A stretch of DNA of 64,000 nucleotides from an uncultured Chloroflexia bacterium (GTDB lineage: Bacteria > Chloroflexota > Limnocylindria > Limnocylindrales > CSP1-4), in contig CAVWXU010000027.1 in the NCBI GenBank assembly GCA_963759135.1, forward strand, positions 58,296 through 122,295, written 5' to 3'. The notes under the pieces were generated by a model, which was not told the DNA's origin, searched no databases, and worked only from the letters and a program-made list of their open reading frames with translations. Below are positions 20,113 through 28,460 of the stretch, one piece after another (positions within the stretch are counted from its first letter, which is position 1; every line of letters begins with the position of its first letter). Position numbers and translations under genes: made by a program.

Positions 20113-21240
20113 GTGCGCATCCACGAGCTGACACTGGCCGACTTCCGGAGCTACGAGCGGCTGACCGTCGAGTTCGAGCCAGGACCACAGGTCGTCGTCG
20201 GGCCGAACGCAGCCGGCAAGACCAACCTTCTCGAGGCGCTCGTGGTGCTCTCCCTGGGCCGCTCGCACCGGGCCCGGACCGACCAGGACCTGGTTCGCTG
20301 GGGCGCCGCCGTCGCGCGCGTGGAGGCCGCCGTGTCCCGCGAGCCGGTCTCGTCCGCGGTGGAGACCCTTGACGTGGCCGTGGCCTCTCCGGCTGCCGGC
20401 GTCCGGCTGCGAAAGCAGGTCCGCGTCAACGGCGTGGGCCGAAGGGCGGCCGGGCTGTCGGCGATGCTCCGCACCGTCGTGTTCGCGCCGGAGTCGATGG
20501 CGCTGGTCACGGGCTCTCCGTCGGTGCGCCGCGACGAGCTGGACGACCTGGCGACGCAGCTCCACCCGGCGCATGCCCGGTCGCTCGCGACCTACGGTCG
20601 GGCGCTGGCACAACGGAACAGCCTGCTTCGCCTGGTGCGCGAGGGCGCGGCTGCCGCCGACCAGCTTCCCTACTGGGACCGGCTGCTCGTCGAGGAGGGC
20701 GGCGGGATCGTGGAGCGCCGGACAGCCGTGCTCGCCGAGCTCGCGGACCCGCTGGCGTCCGCACACGGGGAGATCGCGCCCCGCGAGGCGCAGCTCGCGC
20801 TCGCGTATGACACGAACGCCTCCCCCGGGCCGGGCGAGACACCGGGGGACGCGATCCGTCGCAGGCTGGCGGAGACCGCCGACAAGGAGCTGTGGAACGG
20901 CCAGACGTTGGTCGGCCCGCACCGCGACGACCTGCGCTTCCTGCTGGGCGGGCGCGACCTCGCGGTCTTCGGGTCGCGCGGGCAACAGCGGACGGCCATC
21001 CTGGCGCTGAAACTCGGGGAGCTGGACCTGCTGGCACGCAACGACGGAGTCGCGCCGCTCCTGCTGCTCGACGATGTGTTCAGCGAACTCGATCCGGAGC
21101 GCCGGGCGCACCTTGTCCGACGCATCCGCGCGCTTCCGCAGGCGTTCGTGACCACCACCGCGCTCCAGGACCTGGACCCGGCACTCGTGTCCGAGTCCAC
21201 GGCATGGCGAGTCGCGGCGGGGCGCCTGGACCGGCTGGCG
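20113..21240 (+). CDS. recF: DNA replication/repair protein RecF; no stop codon before the downstream DUF721 gene as assembled
   Basis: Walker A GPNAAGKTNLLEAL, RecF signature region, Walker B LLLLDDVFSELD. Confidence 0.85.
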
Positions 21241-21591
21241 ATGACGAGCAGCCGAAAGCGCCCCATGCGACGGCTGGGCGACCTTCTTCCCGAGGCCGCC
21301 GCGTCGCTCGGGCTCGAAGACGAGCTGCGCCTGGCGCGCGCGATGTCCGCCTGGGAACGGATCGTGGCAGAGCACGTGCCGAGCGCGGCCGGGACGTCGC
21401 GCCTCATCGGCCTCCGCGGGGATGCATTGCTGGTGACGGCCGGGTCGGGACTCGTGGCCTCCGAGCTGCGCCTGCGCTCGTCGCTCCTGCTGGCCGCGCT
21501 GGCCTCGTCGCCCGGCGGTGTTCGCGGCCGCGAGCTGCAGGTCGTGGTCCGACAGCCCGGGGCCGGCCGGGGCGACCGCCTCGACGTGTAG
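21241..21591 (+). CDS. DUF721 (DciA-like) protein, the family of mycobacterial Rv0004
   Basis: MSAWERIVAEHVPSAAGTSRLIGLRGDALLVTAGSGLVASELRLRSSLLLAALA matches the DUF721 pattern (W..ivG..ia.h..P..l.dG.L.v...s.aWa.eL). The ATG at 21241 lies in an ATGA arrangement with a +1-frame TGA. Confidence 0.7.
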   Translation: MTSSRKRPMRRLGDLLPEAAASLGLEDELRLARAMSAWERIVAEHVPSAAGTSRLIGLRGDALLVTAGSGLVASELRLRSSLLLAALASSPGGVRGRELQVVVRQPGAGRGDRLDV

Positions 21592-21603
21592 ACTCGGGAC
21601 ATC

Positions 21604-23874
21604 ATGGCGGTCCGGCTCCACACGAACCTCGGCCTCGTGCCGGAGGACGAGCGGCTGGATGCCTCTCCGGACGCGGTGCTGGTCCAGGAACCCACCATCG
21701 GCGCGACCGCACGGTCGAAGGGCAACCTGTACGCCATCGCGTCGGCGCGCGGGGCGAGCGTCCGCGCGCGCGACGGCACCCGCCTGCTCCTCGAGACGAT
21801 CCAGCACGAGTACTACTACGACGAATTGGCCGGCATCCCCATCTGCCTGGAGAAGGCGATCCGGACGGCGAACCGGCGCCTGGCGCACCGCCGCGACCTG
21901 CACCTGCCGCCAGGAGGCGGCCTCGCGGCCGTGGTCGCGGTGGTCCGCGAGCGCGAGCTTTACGTGGCGACGGTCGGGGACGCGGACGCGTTCCTGGCCC
22001 GCCAGGGCCGCTTCCTGACCCTCCCGGACGCCGACCGCGGGCCCGGGCTGCCGACGCCCGGCGACCTGCACGTGGACGTGTGGCGCGGCGAGCTGCTCGT
22101 GGGCGACGTGGTGTTGATCGGATCGCGCGAGCTGGCGGAACGGCTCGGGACGGAGGAGCTGCGACAGGCGATCACGACGCTGCACCCGGGGCCGGCTGCG
22201 CGACATCTGCACAACCGGCTCGTGGCCGAGGGCGCCCAGGGGTCCGACGCCGTCATGGTCGTCGAGGCTTCCGAGGTGCCGGCGACCCGCGTCGAGCATC
22301 AGCTCGTGCCGGTCCGACCCGCTGCGCCGCTGGCCGGCGCACCCGATCGGTCGCCTATCCCGCTCGCGGACTCCGTCGTGGGGGGGGTGACGGCCGTGCG
22401 CACCACCGCGCAGCGAGCCGGCGGTGCTGGGGCCGGCGCGCTCGTGGCGCTCATCGACCGCGCGCTGGACCTCCTTCCGAGACGGAGCCCCTCGCAACAG
22501 CGCGTGCGCTCGGTGACCGATCGCCGGGCGACAGAGCGTCGGGTCGCCACTGCGCTGCTGAGCGTCCTGGCCCTCGCGCTCGTCCTCGGCGTGGGGTACT
22601 GGCTGGTCAGCGGCGGGCTCCAGGGCAGAACGGCCGAGATCCAGCAGGTCAACTCGGGCGAGGACGCACTGGCGACGGCGCGGGCCGACATCGCCGAGGT
22701 GTTCGGCGGCGGCGGCGACCTCGTGAGGGCCGACCCGCAGCAGGCGCTCACGATTCTGCGCTCGGCCTGGCGCGAGCTCGACCTGGCGTCGCAGGCCGGC
22801 GTCACCGCGGGGACCGTGGAGTTCTACCGGGAGCAGGTGGCGGCAGGGCTCGACCAGCTCTACGTCACCGTCCAGACGTCGGCGAAGACGCTGGTGACGA
22901 TGAGCAAGCTCGATCCGGCGGCGGACCTGTCCGGCCTCGTCCTCGGCCCCGACGGCGCGGCGTACGCGATCGACCGCGCCGCGCACACCGTCGTGCGCTT
23001 CGACCTGGCCAGGAAGACGGCGTCCGTGGTGGTCCGCGAGGGAGACGGAGGCGCCGACGGCGTCGGCGACCCCTGGCTTCTGACGGCCGGCGGGCTCGAC
23101 GTGGTGATCGTCGACCACAATGGCGGCGTCTGGCGGTGGCGGCCGGCCGACCGGAACGGGCACGGCACGCTCGGAGCGATCGTGATGAACCACTCGGTGA
23201 CATGGGGCAACGACCTGACCGACATCGGGACCTTCGTCCACGACGCCAACGCCGGCCTGTACAACCTGTACGTCGTCGATCCGAGTTCGAGGCAGATCCT
23301 GCGATACGCGCCTGCGGCCGACGGGAGCGGGTTCCCGTCCGATCCCACCGGGTACCTGGCCACGGCGCAGGACGTGTCGGGCTTCGAGCAGATCTTCATC
23401 GACGGCGACATCTACGCGTTGAGCCCGGGCACCGTGACGCACTTCGTGAACGGGCGACCGGACAGTGGCTTCTCGCTCGACACGCCGCCGGACGACCAGG
23501 ACCTGCGGCCGGGCCACGACTACCGGCTCATCACGGCCTCGGCAACGCGCGGCCAGGGCACGCTGTACCTGTACGACGCCACGCACGCGCGGATCCTGGC
23601 GTTCGACAAGAGCACGGGCGCGTACAAGAGCGAATACGTCGCGGCGACCGGCACCCCACAGCTCATCGACCTGCGGGGCATGTTCCTCCTCGACCCGGGC
23701 GGCGGCGCCACGCCGTCGATCGTCTGGGTCACCCGCGACCGCCTGATGGTGACGCCGTTGCAGCCCTTCGAGGCCGGCGCCTCGGCGTCGCCCGCGCCGA
23801 CCCCGTCACCGCGCCCGACAAAACGGCCGGCGGCGACACGGCGGCCGTCCACGAGGCCAACCGCGCGGCCCTGA
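21604..23874 (+). CDS. Membrane protein with an N-terminal PP2C-like (possibly degenerate) domain, one TM helix, and a C-terminal extracytoplasmic beta-propeller-like domain
   Basis: PPM-like motifs VATVGDADAF and GAQGSDAVMVVEA. TM segment ATALLSVLALALVLGVGYWLV. Repeated LY/VV beta-strand-like segments. The canonical N-terminal DGxGG metal motif was not found. Confidence 0.4.
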   Translation: MAVRLHTNLGLVPEDERLDASPDAVLVQEPTIGATARSKGNLYAIASARGASVRARDGTRLLLETIQHEYYYDELAGIPICLEKAIRTANRRLAHRRDLHLPPGGGLAAVVAVVRERELYVATVGDADAFLARQGRFLTLPDADRGPGLPTPGDLHVDVWRGELLVGDVVLIGSRELAERLGTEELRQAITTLHPGPAARHLHNRLVAEGAQGSDAVMVVEASEVPATRVEHQLVPVRPAAPLAGAPDRSPIPLADSVVGGVTAVRTTAQRAGGAGAGALVALIDRALDLLPRRSPSQQRVRSVTDRRATERRVATALLSVLALALVLGVGYWLVSGGLQGRTAEIQQVNSGEDALATARADIAEVFGGGGDLVRADPQQALTILRSAWRELDLASQAGVTAGTVEFYREQVAAGLDQLYVTVQTSAKTLVTMSKLDPAADLSGLVLGPDGAAYAIDRAAHTVVRFDLARKTASVVVREGDGGADGVGDPWLLTAGGLDVVIVDHNGGVWRWRPADRNGHGTLGAIVMNHSVTWGNDLTDIGTFVHDANAGLYNLYVVDPSSRQILRYAPAADGSGFPSDPTGYLATAQDVSGFEQIFIDGDIYALSPGTVTHFVNGRPDSGFSLDTPPDDQDLRPGHDYRLITASATRGQGTLYLYDATHARILAFDKSTGAYKSEYVAATGTPQLIDLRGMFLLDPGGGATPSIVWVTRDRLMVTPLQPFEAGASASPAPTPSPRPTKRPAATRRPSTRPTARP

Positions 23875-23967
23875 GGATGTCGCGGTCCCCGGCCTGGGCG
23901 GGCGGCGTCGATACGGCCTGGGCGGCGGCACCGAAACGGCCTGGGCGTCGGCGAGGGGAGCCGCGTG

Positions 23968-23973
23968 TAGAAT
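23968..23973 (+). promoter_or_regulatory. -10-like hexamer TAGAAT 7 nt upstream of the ATG of the following gene, implying a leaderless transcript
   Basis: gccgcgtgTAGAATcccgcgcATG read directly. Confidence 0.35.
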
Positions 23974-23980
23974 CCCGCGC

Positions 23981-24523
23981 ATGACGTCGGACGGGCTCAG
24001 CGAGATGGTCGTCGAGAGCGTGCGGGTCCACATGCTGTCGAGCCAGCACGTCGTGATCCTCAGGGAGCTCGGCCGGGAGCGCTACCTCCCGATCTGGATC
24101 GGACCCTGGGAGGCGAACGCCATCGCCATGAAGCTGCAGGACCTCAAGCCGGAGCGCCCCCTGACGCACGACCTGTTCGTCAGCACGCTCGAGCAGCTCG
24201 GCGCGACGCTGCGCCAGGTGGTGGTCTCCGACCTGGCGGACGAGACGTTCCGCGCCCGGATGGTCATCGAGGTGGGCGGCCGGGCGCTCGACGTGGATGC
24301 CCGGCCGAGCGACGCCATCGCGCTCGCGATCCGCGGCGGTGTCTCGATCTATGCGACGCAGGCGGTGCTCGACCGAGCCGGGGTGGAGCCCGACGCCGAT
24401 GCGGGCGCGGACGAGGAGGGCAGCGACCAGCTGGACGTCTTCCGCGACTTCGTCAACTCGCTCGACGTCGACCTGGGCGACGCACCCGGGGGCGGCGGGT
24501 CGGAGGGCCGGCCCGGCCGGTAG
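23981..24523 (+). CDS. Bifunctional nuclease family protein (BFN / DUF151)
   Basis: Conserved BFN core (HVVILRELGRERYLPIWIGPWEANAIAMKLQDLKPERPLTHDL...RPSDAIALAIRGGVSIYATQAVLD). Confidence 0.7.
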   Translation: MTSDGLSEMVVESVRVHMLSSQHVVILRELGRERYLPIWIGPWEANAIAMKLQDLKPERPLTHDLFVSTLEQLGATLRQVVVSDLADETFRARMVIEVGGRALDVDARPSDAIALAIRGGVSIYATQAVLDRAGVEPDADAGADEEGSDQLDVFRDFVNSLDVDLGDAPGGGGSEGRPGR

Positions 24524-24553
24524 AGCGTCCGCGTCCTCGGGAGCCAGGGCCCG

Positions 24554-24659
24554 AACGGCAGGTTGCGCGGCACCGGCACCCGCCGGCCCGTCAGGCCGGG
24601 TCCCGCAACGGCAGGTTGCGCGGCACCGACACCCGCCGGCCCGTCAGGCCGGGTCCCGC
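24554..24659. repeat. Perfect-but-one 53-bp tandem duplication (x2) covering the last about 10 codons and the stop codon of the minus-strand GT2 gene
   Basis: aacggcaggttgcgcggcaccg(g/a)cacccgccggcccgtcaggccgggtcccgc at 24554-24606 and 24607-24659. The gene stop (tca on the plus strand) is at 24644-24646, with a second copy at 24591-24593. Confidence 0.85.
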
Positions 24660-25432
24660 ACCACGGGGAAGCCGCGCCGCAGGGCTGCCTCCCGGTTCGC
24701 CCACAGGCGCAGGCGGAGCATCCAGAAGTCGCGGACCGCACGCAGCACGACGCCCGGCCGTGCGCCCGTCGCCCGCCCGGCAGTGCGCGGGAAGTGTGGC
24801 ACCCCCACCTCCTGCAGCCGCCCGCCCCGCTCGCGGAACTTGATCAGCAGCTCCGCCGACAGGAACGCCCCGCGCGACTCGAGGCGGACCCCCTCCAGCG
24901 CTTCGCGCCGGAAGACCTTGCACGCGCAGTCCACGTCGCGCACGCGGAGCCCGAAGAACGTCAGCAGCGCGAGCCGGTAGAGGCGCGCGTAGACGAGCCG
25001 CACGGCCGGATCCGCGCGCTGCGTCCGGTACCCGACCACCGCGTCGGGCCGGTCCACCGCCACCGCCGCCGGCGGCTCGAACGCCGCCAGCAACCGGTCC
25101 AGGTCGGCGACGCGAAACTGCCGATCCCCGTCCGTGAACGCGACGACCGGGTACCGCGCGGCCGCGAAGCCGCTCCGCAGGGCGGCCCCGTACCCCAGGT
25201 TCGTGGCGTGGTGCACGGCACGCACGACGTCGGGGTGCTCGGCGGCCAGGCGGTCCGCCAGCGCCGGCGTGGCGTCCGTGCTGCCATCGTCGACCGCGAT
25301 GATCTCGAAACGCTCGGCCATTGCCGGCAGACGATCCAGCGCCTCCTGGATCAGCCCCTCGATGTTGGCCTCCTCGTCGTGGGCGGGGAAGAAGTAGGAG
25401 AGTGCCGGAACCCGTGCCGCGCGATCGGTCAC
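24644..25432 (-). CDS. GT2 glycosyltransferase of the polyprenyl/dolichyl-phosphate sugar synthase type (Ppm1/DPM1/GtrB-like)
   Basis: LSYFFPAHDEEANIEGLIQEALDRLP...EIIAVDDGSTDATPALADRLAAEHPDVVRAVHHATNLGYGAALRSGFAAARYPVVAFTDGDRQF. The DxD motif is the DGD within VAFTDGDRQF. GTG start at 25432. Overlaps the downstream gene by 4 nt. Confidence 0.75.
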   Translation of the reverse strand: MTDRAARVPALSYFFPAHDEEANIEGLIQEALDRLPAMAERFEIIAVDDGSTDATPALADRLAAEHPDVVRAVHHATNLGYGAALRSGFAAARYPVVAFTDGDRQFRVADLDRLLAAFEPPAAVAVDRPDAVVGYRTQRADPAVRLVYARLYRLALLTFFGLRVRDVDCACKVFRREALEGVRLESRGAFLSAELLIKFRERGGRLQEVGVPHFPRTAGRATGARPGVVLRAVRDFWMLRLRLWANREAALRRGFPVVRDPA

Positions 25433-26961
25433 TGGATGAGCTCCCAGAGCGGGCTGTAGCCGGGGATCGTGTCGTGCTCGACGAGGTGGTAACGGTACTC
25501 GAGTGAGGCGATGTCTCCCGGCTGGCGGATCAGGAAGATCGGACGGTGCAGGGCCTCGAAGTGCGCCACCGCGTTCGGCACCGTCTCGTAGCCGTCGTCG
25601 AGCAGGTCGCGGTCGTCCACGATCTCCACGTCCGGCCGGCGTCCCTCCACCCACCGTCCGTACCAGAGGGTCGTCGAGTAGCTCCACCACGAGATCACGA
25701 CGGCGTCGCGCGGGAGGATCGCGTACGCGGCGTCGAGCCAGCGCGCGCCGCTGTCGTCGGCGGCCCCGCGCTGCTGCGCCTGGCCGGCGAGGGCGCGTTG
25801 CCCCGGCAGCGCCAGCACGATGACGGCCGCCAGGACCACGGCGCCGGCCCGCACGAGGCGCGGAACGGAGCGCGCCCCGAGGCGGCCGAGCCACCCGGCC
25901 GCGGCGTCCCACGCAAACGAGGCGGCGACGCCCGCCCAGAGCGCCACGATCGCGAGCGGCACCAGGTAATAGCGGTCCGGGAACCCGTCGTCATAGGCAC
26001 GGGCGAAGAGCGTGACGATGACGAACCAGGTGGCGGTGAGGAGCGCGACCGGCAGTCTCGGGCCTCGAAGGCGACCGAGCCCGGCGAGCACGGCCAAGAA
26101 CCCCGCCAGGGCCGCGGCGAGCACGGCGGCGCTCAGCTGGGTGGCAAAGATGTCGACGACCGCGCCGGGCCCGCCGGTGAGCGGGTCGTGCAGCAGGCCG
26201 CCGAACTGCAGCCCGAGCACCAGGTACGCGAAACGCGCCGGCGTGGTGGGGTGTGCGTAGTCGAGCGGCGGGTTCATCGAAGCCCGGATGGGGATGTAGG
26301 CGTACAGCAGGACGGTGATCACCACGATCAGGCCCGCACACGTGGCGACGAACCGGGGGCGCCGCGCGAAGAGGCTCGGCTGGGCCGCGAGGATGAGGAG
26401 CAGGATGCCGGGGGCCAGCAGCACGCTCAGCGCGTGGTTGCCCAGCGCAACCCCGTACACCGCCGCGGCCGACAGGAGCAGACGATCCGCGACCCGGTCG
26501 GGTGTCCCCGGACGACCGGTGCCGGTCTCCTGCACGCGCTGCGCCCACGCGACCAGGAGGAAGAGCAGCAGTGCAGAGAGGAACAGGTGCAGAGCGTGCG
26601 GGTCGGCGCGTTCTGCCGTCCACCAGGAGATGGGAGCGCTGGCCAGCACGATGCCGGACGCGATCGCCGGAACCACGCGCCCGGTCAGACGCTGCACGGT
26701 GGCGGCGACGAGACCGGCCGACCCGGCCATCAGGATGGCGGAGAGCAGGTCGATGCGGAAGGCGGTCTCCCCGAACGGCGACAGCACGACGCCGGCCGCC
26801 CAGGTGAGCAGCACGTAGGCCGGGAAGCCGGTCGGATGCGCGATCCCCAGCACGGACCCCACCGTCTGAAACTCGGCGGTGTCCCAGAACCCGACGGTAG
26901 GCATGAGCGTGGGCAGGTAGAGCACGAGCGCCACGAGGAAGGCGCCGATTCCGCTCACCAT
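25429..26961 (-). CDS. GT-C-fold polytopic membrane glycosyltransferase, DUF2723/TMEM260-like
   Basis: N-terminal motif LPTLMPTVGFWDTAEFQTVGSVLGIAHPTGFPAYVLL, then more than 10 TM helices and a C-terminal soluble domain. The ATG at 26961 overlaps the stop of the upstream gene (ATGgTGA). Confidence 0.55.
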   Translation of the reverse strand: MVSGIGAFLVALVLYLPTLMPTVGFWDTAEFQTVGSVLGIAHPTGFPAYVLLTWAAGVVLSPFGETAFRIDLLSAILMAGSAGLVAATVQRLTGRVVPAIASGIVLASAPISWWTAERADPHALHLFLSALLLFLLVAWAQRVQETGTGRPGTPDRVADRLLLSAAAVYGVALGNHALSVLLAPGILLLILAAQPSLFARRPRFVATCAGLIVVITVLLYAYIPIRASMNPPLDYAHPTTPARFAYLVLGLQFGGLLHDPLTGGPGAVVDIFATQLSAAVLAAALAGFLAVLAGLGRLRGPRLPVALLTATWFVIVTLFARAYDDGFPDRYYLVPLAIVALWAGVAASFAWDAAAGWLGRLGARSVPRLVRAGAVVLAAVIVLALPGQRALAGQAQQRGAADDSGARWLDAAYAILPRDAVVISWWSYSTTLWYGRWVEGRRPDVEIVDDRDLLDDGYETVPNAVAHFEALHRPIFLIRQPGDIASLEYRYHLVEHDTIPGYSPLWELIQ

Positions 26962-28373
26962 CCCAGGGTCACGCCCCAGTACACGCCCCACAGGTTCACC
27001 AGCACCGACAGCCCGACGAGGAGAAGGACGCGCCGGTTGAGCCCCATGCGGGCGATCGCCAGCGTGACCGGCACCAGCGCAAAGGCAACGAAGTCGTTGC
27101 TGAAGCGCCAGCCGAACTGTACCCACCCCTGGCTGAAATGTGCCGCGTCGGCCAGCCCGATCAGTACGACGGCGAGGCCGGCCGCAGCCACGACCCGGTC
27201 GCGCCGGAGCCGCCGGAGCGCCGGGATCGCGAGCAGGTACGCCGGACTCACCAGGAGCAACCCCATCCCGATCGGGTCGGGCCGCACGGTGCCGCAATTC
27301 GGGTCGAGCAGCGCGAGGCCGCACTCGGGCCGGATCTCGGGCGGGTTCAGCAGCGCGAGCGGCAGATTCTGCGGGATGTAGCGCACGTCCTCCACCCCCC
27401 AGCTCGCATGGTAGAGCGCCGGGTCGGGGCGGTACTCGGTCCGCGCGATGGACGCGTAGGCCGGGCTGAACGGCTGTCCCGTGGACAAGACGTTGTAGCC
27501 GGCCAGTACAGCGACGGGGATGGCGGCTCCCGCCACCGCCAGGACCAGACGACTGCGCCAGGTGCCGCCCCCGACGACGACCAGGAACGGCAGGCCGAAG
27601 ATGACGGTCAGCCTGGCGAGCGTCGCGAGCCCCAGCAGCAGGCCTGCGACGAAGGTAGCGCGACCACCGTCGAGGCGGCGCTGACGCACCGGCGCACGCC
27701 GCGAGGAGTCCGCGTCGATCGCGATGGTCACCGCGAGGAGCGAAAGTCCCACCGCGACCACGTGGGCCTGGAACCAGGTCGTTCCGATCGCCGCGGCGTA
27801 CCAGGCCACGGTCCCGAATGCGAAGAAGAGCGTGGCGACCAGGGCGACTCCGCGGTCGACTGCCAGGCGCCGGCACAGGCGCCAGGCAAGCCCCACGTCG
27901 AGCGAGCCCAGCAGTGCCGTGATCAGGGATGCCGGAGTGGCCAGGCCCAGGAAGGCGACGACCGGGACGAGTACCACTGCAGGCAACGGGGGAAAAGGCA
28001 GGAGTCCGAACCCCGGGTGACCGGGATCCGGCACCACGTCCTGGAAGTACGCGTTCTGGTGGGGTCCGCTCGCGACGGGGAACGCGATGGCCAGACGGCC
28101 GTGCAACCAGGCGTCCGCCTGCCACACGAAGTGGTTGTACAGGTCGCCATGGAGCGGGTTGGAGACCACGTAGACGAGCGCCGCGACTCCCACGAGCACG
28201 AGACCGATCTCGCGGGGCGAGATCTCGACGAGGCGCAGTCCGAGGGACGTGGTCGGGCCCCGCGCAGGGAGCCTCGGAGAGCCGTCGGCGCGGGGCGGGG
28301 CGGGCCACGAGGCCGGTGGGATCGCGGCTCGGGGAGCCGGCCGGCCGGTGTCCGTTGCTATACTGCCGTCCAC
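26955..28373 (-). CDS. GT-C-fold polytopic membrane glycosyltransferase (ArnT/PMT/GT87-like family; exact family unresolved)
   Basis: Multi-TM protein with a conserved acidic first loop (GDLYNHFVWQADAWLHGRLAIAF). Translationally coupled to the DUF2723 gene. Confidence 0.5.
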   Translation of the reverse strand: MDGSIATDTGRPAPRAAIPPASWPAPPRADGSPRLPARGPTTSLGLRLVEISPREIGLVLVGVAALVYVVSNPLHGDLYNHFVWQADAWLHGRLAIAFPVASGPHQNAYFQDVVPDPGHPGFGLLPFPPLPAVVLVPVVAFLGLATPASLITALLGSLDVGLAWRLCRRLAVDRGVALVATLFFAFGTVAWYAAAIGTTWFQAHVVAVGLSLLAVTIAIDADSSRRAPVRQRRLDGGRATFVAGLLLGLATLARLTVIFGLPFLVVVGGGTWRSRLVLAVAGAAIPVAVLAGYNVLSTGQPFSPAYASIARTEYRPDPALYHASWGVEDVRYIPQNLPLALLNPPEIRPECGLALLDPNCGTVRPDPIGMGLLLVSPAYLLAIPALRRLRRDRVVAAAGLAVVLIGLADAAHFSQGWVQFGWRFSNDFVAFALVPVTLAIARMGLNRRVLLLVGLSVLVNLWGVYWGVTLGW

Positions 28374-28460
28374 CTCGTCGCTCGTCAGGAGGCTCGTTCC
28401 CTGGCTCGATCGCCTTCGGCGGGTGGGACCGGACGCGGCCCTGGAGCGCCGGGAGGGTCG

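Noticed and set aside
20035-23586. 1183-aa minus-strand ORF
   Set aside because: Antisense to recF, DUF721 and the PP2C-like membrane protein. No recognisable domains; composition typical of non-coding frames in this genome.
27138-28460. N-terminal 440 aa of the 2264-aa plus-strand ORF
   Set aside because: This is the antisense of the two minus-strand GT-C genes. It has junk composition (RRDREQVRRTHQEQPHPDR...). The real gene starts around GTG 28461 after a GGGAGGG.
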